NCBI GenBank assembly: GCA_965207025.1
Contig: OZ242258.1
Location: 1,061,699 to 1,125,698 of the forward strand
Direction of reading: 5' to 3'
DNA length: 64,000 nt
DNA from: Dehalococcoidia bacterium
Lineage (GTDB): Bacteria; Chloroflexota; Dehalococcoidia; Lucifugimonadales; UBA3495
Below are positions 62,034-64,000 of the stretch, one piece after another. A program made the translations under genes and the position numbers. Under the pieces are notes generated by a model. The model saw only the letters and a program-made list of their open reading frames with translations. It searched no databases and was not told the DNA's origin. Position 1 is the first letter of the stretch; the number at the start of each line of letters is the position of its first letter.

Positions 62034-62546
62034 ATGACCACCGAAGTTTACGAATCTGTTCTGCACCCGGCTTCCCTGGTCGCCGAGCTGAAGAAGAACA
62101 ACGTTTCCCACGTTGTATGGCTGCCCGACAGCGAGACCAACTTCCTCTACACCATGATGACGGAGGAACCTTCTCTCGACCTTATCCCGGTGTGCCGCGA
62201 GGGTGAAACCATGGCGGTTGCGGCCGGCCTGTGGGTTGGCGGCGCTAATCCGGTGGTGCTGATCCAGAATACCGGAGTTTTCGAGGCCGGCGACTCCATA
62301 CGCGGGTTGTGCCTTGACCTCAATCAGCCCCTGGTCATGCTGGTCGGGTATCGCGGCTGGACGCGGCGTGGCCCCACGCCCGATTCCGCAGGGCGGTTCA
62401 TTGAGCACATCCTCCACGCCTGGGGCATCAACTATTACCTGGTGGAAACCGATGACGACGCCGACCGCATCAGCATCGCGTTCGAGGAGTCCCAGCGTCT
62501 GAGCCGGCCGGTGGCCGTCCTGATCGGCACCGAATTCGGCGCCTGA
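62034..62546 (+). CDS. Split TPP-dependent decarboxylase, alpha (pyrimidine-binding) subunit, sulfopyruvate/phosphonopyruvate decarboxylase-like
   Basis: 170 aa with VVWLPDSETNFL and CREGETMAVAAGLWVGGANPVVLIQNTG (conserved Glu). Confidence 0.78.
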   Translation: MTTEVYESVLHPASLVAELKKNNVSHVVWLPDSETNFLYTMMTEEPSLDLIPVCREGETMAVAAGLWVGGANPVVLIQNTGVFEAGDSIRGLCLDLNQPLVMLVGYRGWTRRGPTPDSAGRFIEHILHAWGINYYLVETDDDADRISIAFEESQRLSRPVAVLIGTEFGA

Positions 62547-62550
62547 GACA

Positions 62551-62592
62551 TTCCCCATCACCCTGCCCCTCTCCCACCAGTGGAGAGGGAAG
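62551..62592 (+). repeat. Family C post-stop hairpin repeat
   Basis: TTCCCCATCACCCTGCCCCTCTCCCACCAGTGGAGAGGGAAG begins 5 nt after the stop at 62546 and lies between the alpha and beta subunit genes. Confidence 0.85.
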
Positions 62593-62618
62593 AGCTTTAC
62601 TCCCAGGAGAACACCGCC

Positions 62619-63215
62619 ATGATCAACAACACCGACGCCGTGCGCCTGATCGACAGCAAACGCGAAGACGCCGTACTGATCCCCACCATGAACGCCGGCA
62701 ACGTCCGATTCGGCCTGCCGTCCGTAACTTCAAACCAGGTCCTTGACCTTCCGATTTCCGGCGCAATGGGCAAGGCCAGCAACGTCGGGTTGGGCATTGC
62801 TTTGGCCCAACCGGGGCGCAAGGTAATTGTGATGGACGGCGACGGCAGCCTGCTGATGAACCTGGGCGCACTGGTGACCACCTCGACCAAGGCACCCAAG
62901 AACTTCTATCACTTCCTGTTCAACAACGGCGTGTACGCGGTTACCGGCGGGCAACCCATTCCCGGTTCCGACGGTGTGACCAATTGGGAAGAAATCGCCA
63001 AGGGCGCTGGATATGCGGCCGTGTTCTCCTACGACAACCTGGAGGACTTGGCCACCGGCATTGACGAAGTGCTGGCCGCAGAGGGCCCGGTGTTCGTCCA
63101 TCTGGCGGTGGAGCCCGAGATTGAAAACACGCCGGTGCAGTTCCGGGTGCGCGCTTCCAGGACTGCCCAGCAGGCATACCAGGAGGTCACCGCTGCGTTG
63201 GCCGGCGACGACTAG
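62619..63215 (+). CDS. Split TPP-dependent decarboxylase, beta (diphosphate-binding) subunit
   Basis: VIVMDGDGSLLMNLGALVTTSTKAPKNFYHFLFNNGVY is an intact GDG-X25-NN motif. ATG 62619 lies within track ORF 62580..63215. Confidence 0.78.
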   Translation: MINNTDAVRLIDSKREDAVLIPTMNAGNVRFGLPSVTSNQVLDLPISGAMGKASNVGLGIALAQPGRKVIVMDGDGSLLMNLGALVTTSTKAPKNFYHFLFNNGVYAVTGGQPIPGSDGVTNWEEIAKGAGYAAVFSYDNLEDLATGIDEVLAAEGPVFVHLAVEPEIENTPVQFRVRASRTAQQAYQEVTAALAGDD

Positions 63216-63242
63216 GCAGGTAAAACCGTCAACCAAACGTTT

Positions 63243-63268
63243 CGGGGGCGAACAATCATTCGCCCCCG
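63243..63268. terminator. Family D palindromic hairpin
   Basis: CGGGGGCGAA-CAATCA-TTCGCCCCCG (10-bp stem), 28 nt after the stop at 63215. Confidence 0.55.
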
Positions 63269-63291
63269 ATTGCCGGCAGTGGGCAGGTTCC

Positions 63292-63525
63292 ATGAAATTT
63301 CATCCGTTCAACATATTCGGTAGGCTATTGGCCTCAGCAGTGGTGTTGGGAGGCTTCTACCTGCTGTGGCTCGGTTTTGTCGAAAGCAACCTGTTGAAGG
63401 TGATACCCGGGGGCATCCTGATTCCCGTTGGGCTGTATCTGATGGTATCCTCTCGACGGCGGCAAACTCGCGAAGAGTCAGAACGCGAACGACGCCAGAC
63501 AGCAACGGTGGATGATTCGGAATGA
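63292..63525 (+). CDS. Hypothetical small membrane protein
   Basis: 77 aa from ATG 63292 with two hydrophobic segments and a basic/acidic tail. Its stop overlaps the next start (ATGA). Confidence 0.45.
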   Translation: MKFHPFNIFGRLLASAVVLGGFYLLWLGFVESNLLKVIPGGILIPVGLYLMVSSRRRQTREESERERRQTATVDDSE

Positions 63526-64000
63526 TCCAATCACGGGAGGTCGCCCGCGCAATCAACTATCACCGCCAGGACGCCCTGGTGGTGTCCACGTCCGCAGCCT
63601 TGCGGGAGTGGCACCAAGTCTCAGAGCGACGCGATCTGGACGTTGACCTGTCGGATTGCATGGACCGCGCTCCCGCCGTAGGTTTGGGCCTTTCCCTAGC
63701 CCAACCGAACCGCCGCGTCCTGGTGCTGGACTGCGACGCCACGTTGCGCACAGATCTGGCGGGCCTGGCCACCATCGGCGAGGTAGCGCCGGAAAACCTG
63801 GTGCATTTCGTGCTGGAAGATGCCGAACACACCTCAACCGATGGGGTGCCCATCGTGGGGTTGGGCCGGATCGATTTTGAAGGCATGGCGCGCAGCGCCG
63901 GGTATGCTCACGCCTGCCGGTACGACAACCTGGAAGAATTGCTCATCGGGATGGAGGAGCTAATGTGCCGTCCCGGGCCTGTGTTGGTGGCGGTCAAGGT
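63522..64000 (+). CDS. TPP-decarboxylase beta-subunit-like paralog with degenerate cofactor motif; partial (runs off window)
   Basis: Own translation from ATG 63522: MIQSREVARAINYHRQDALVVSTS...VLVLDCDATLRTDLAGLATIGEVAPENLVHFVLEDAEH. It aligns with 62619..63215, but GDG is CDA and NN is ED. It is not in the ORF track because no stop occurs before nt 64000. Confidence 0.7.
   Translation, partial: MIQSREVARAINYHRQDALVVSTSAALREWHQVSERRDLDVDLSDCMDRAPAVGLGLSLAQPNRRVLVLDCDATLRTDLAGLATIGEVAPENLVHFVLEDAEHTSTDGVPIVGLGRIDFEGMARSAGYAHACRYDNLEELLIGMEELMCRPGPVLVAVK

Overview
GC-rich (about 60% or more by eye) bacterial chromosomal segment, densely coding on both strands. I saw no rRNA, CRISPR array, transposase or integrase. 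The gene content is mostly housekeeping and small-molecule catabolism. Housekeeping genes are trxA, tRNA-Sec, a cysteine desulfurase, RNase D, gatCA, asnS and a cysS-like gene. The catabolic set is rich in paralogs: lutABC, a hydantoinase/DUF917 pair, two tandem M20 amidohydrolases, a PepT-like peptidase, four thiamine-diphosphate (TPP) enzyme loci, a 2-oxoacid:ferredoxin oxidoreductase, CoA ligase/transferase/thiolase/hydratase genes, SDRs, alpha/beta hydrolases and VOC proteins. Gene content and repeat types suggest a Chloroflexota-like (SAR202-like) organism, but that is inference only. The most unusual items are several in-frame domain fusions and related oddities. (1) A full-length CysRS is fused to a GT2 glycosyltransferase. 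(2) An m5U RNA methyltransferase is fused to Maf. (3) Two family III CoA-transferase modules are fused into one chain. (4) A PorG-PorD fusion is present. (5) Two tandem ~615-aa polytopic membrane paralogs occur side by side, and one has an abrupt low-GC N-terminal half. (6) A split TPP decarboxylase cluster carries an extra beta-like subunit whose TPP motif is degenerate. (7) A HEPN/nucleotidyltransferase pair is present. (8) At least six families of short GC-rich hairpin or interspersed repeats occupy almost every intergenic gap. One family always sits directly after a stop codon inside operons, and another sits between convergent genes like bidirectional terminators. Coordinates of CDS starts are my best choice among ATG/GTG/TTG candidates and are less certain than the stops.
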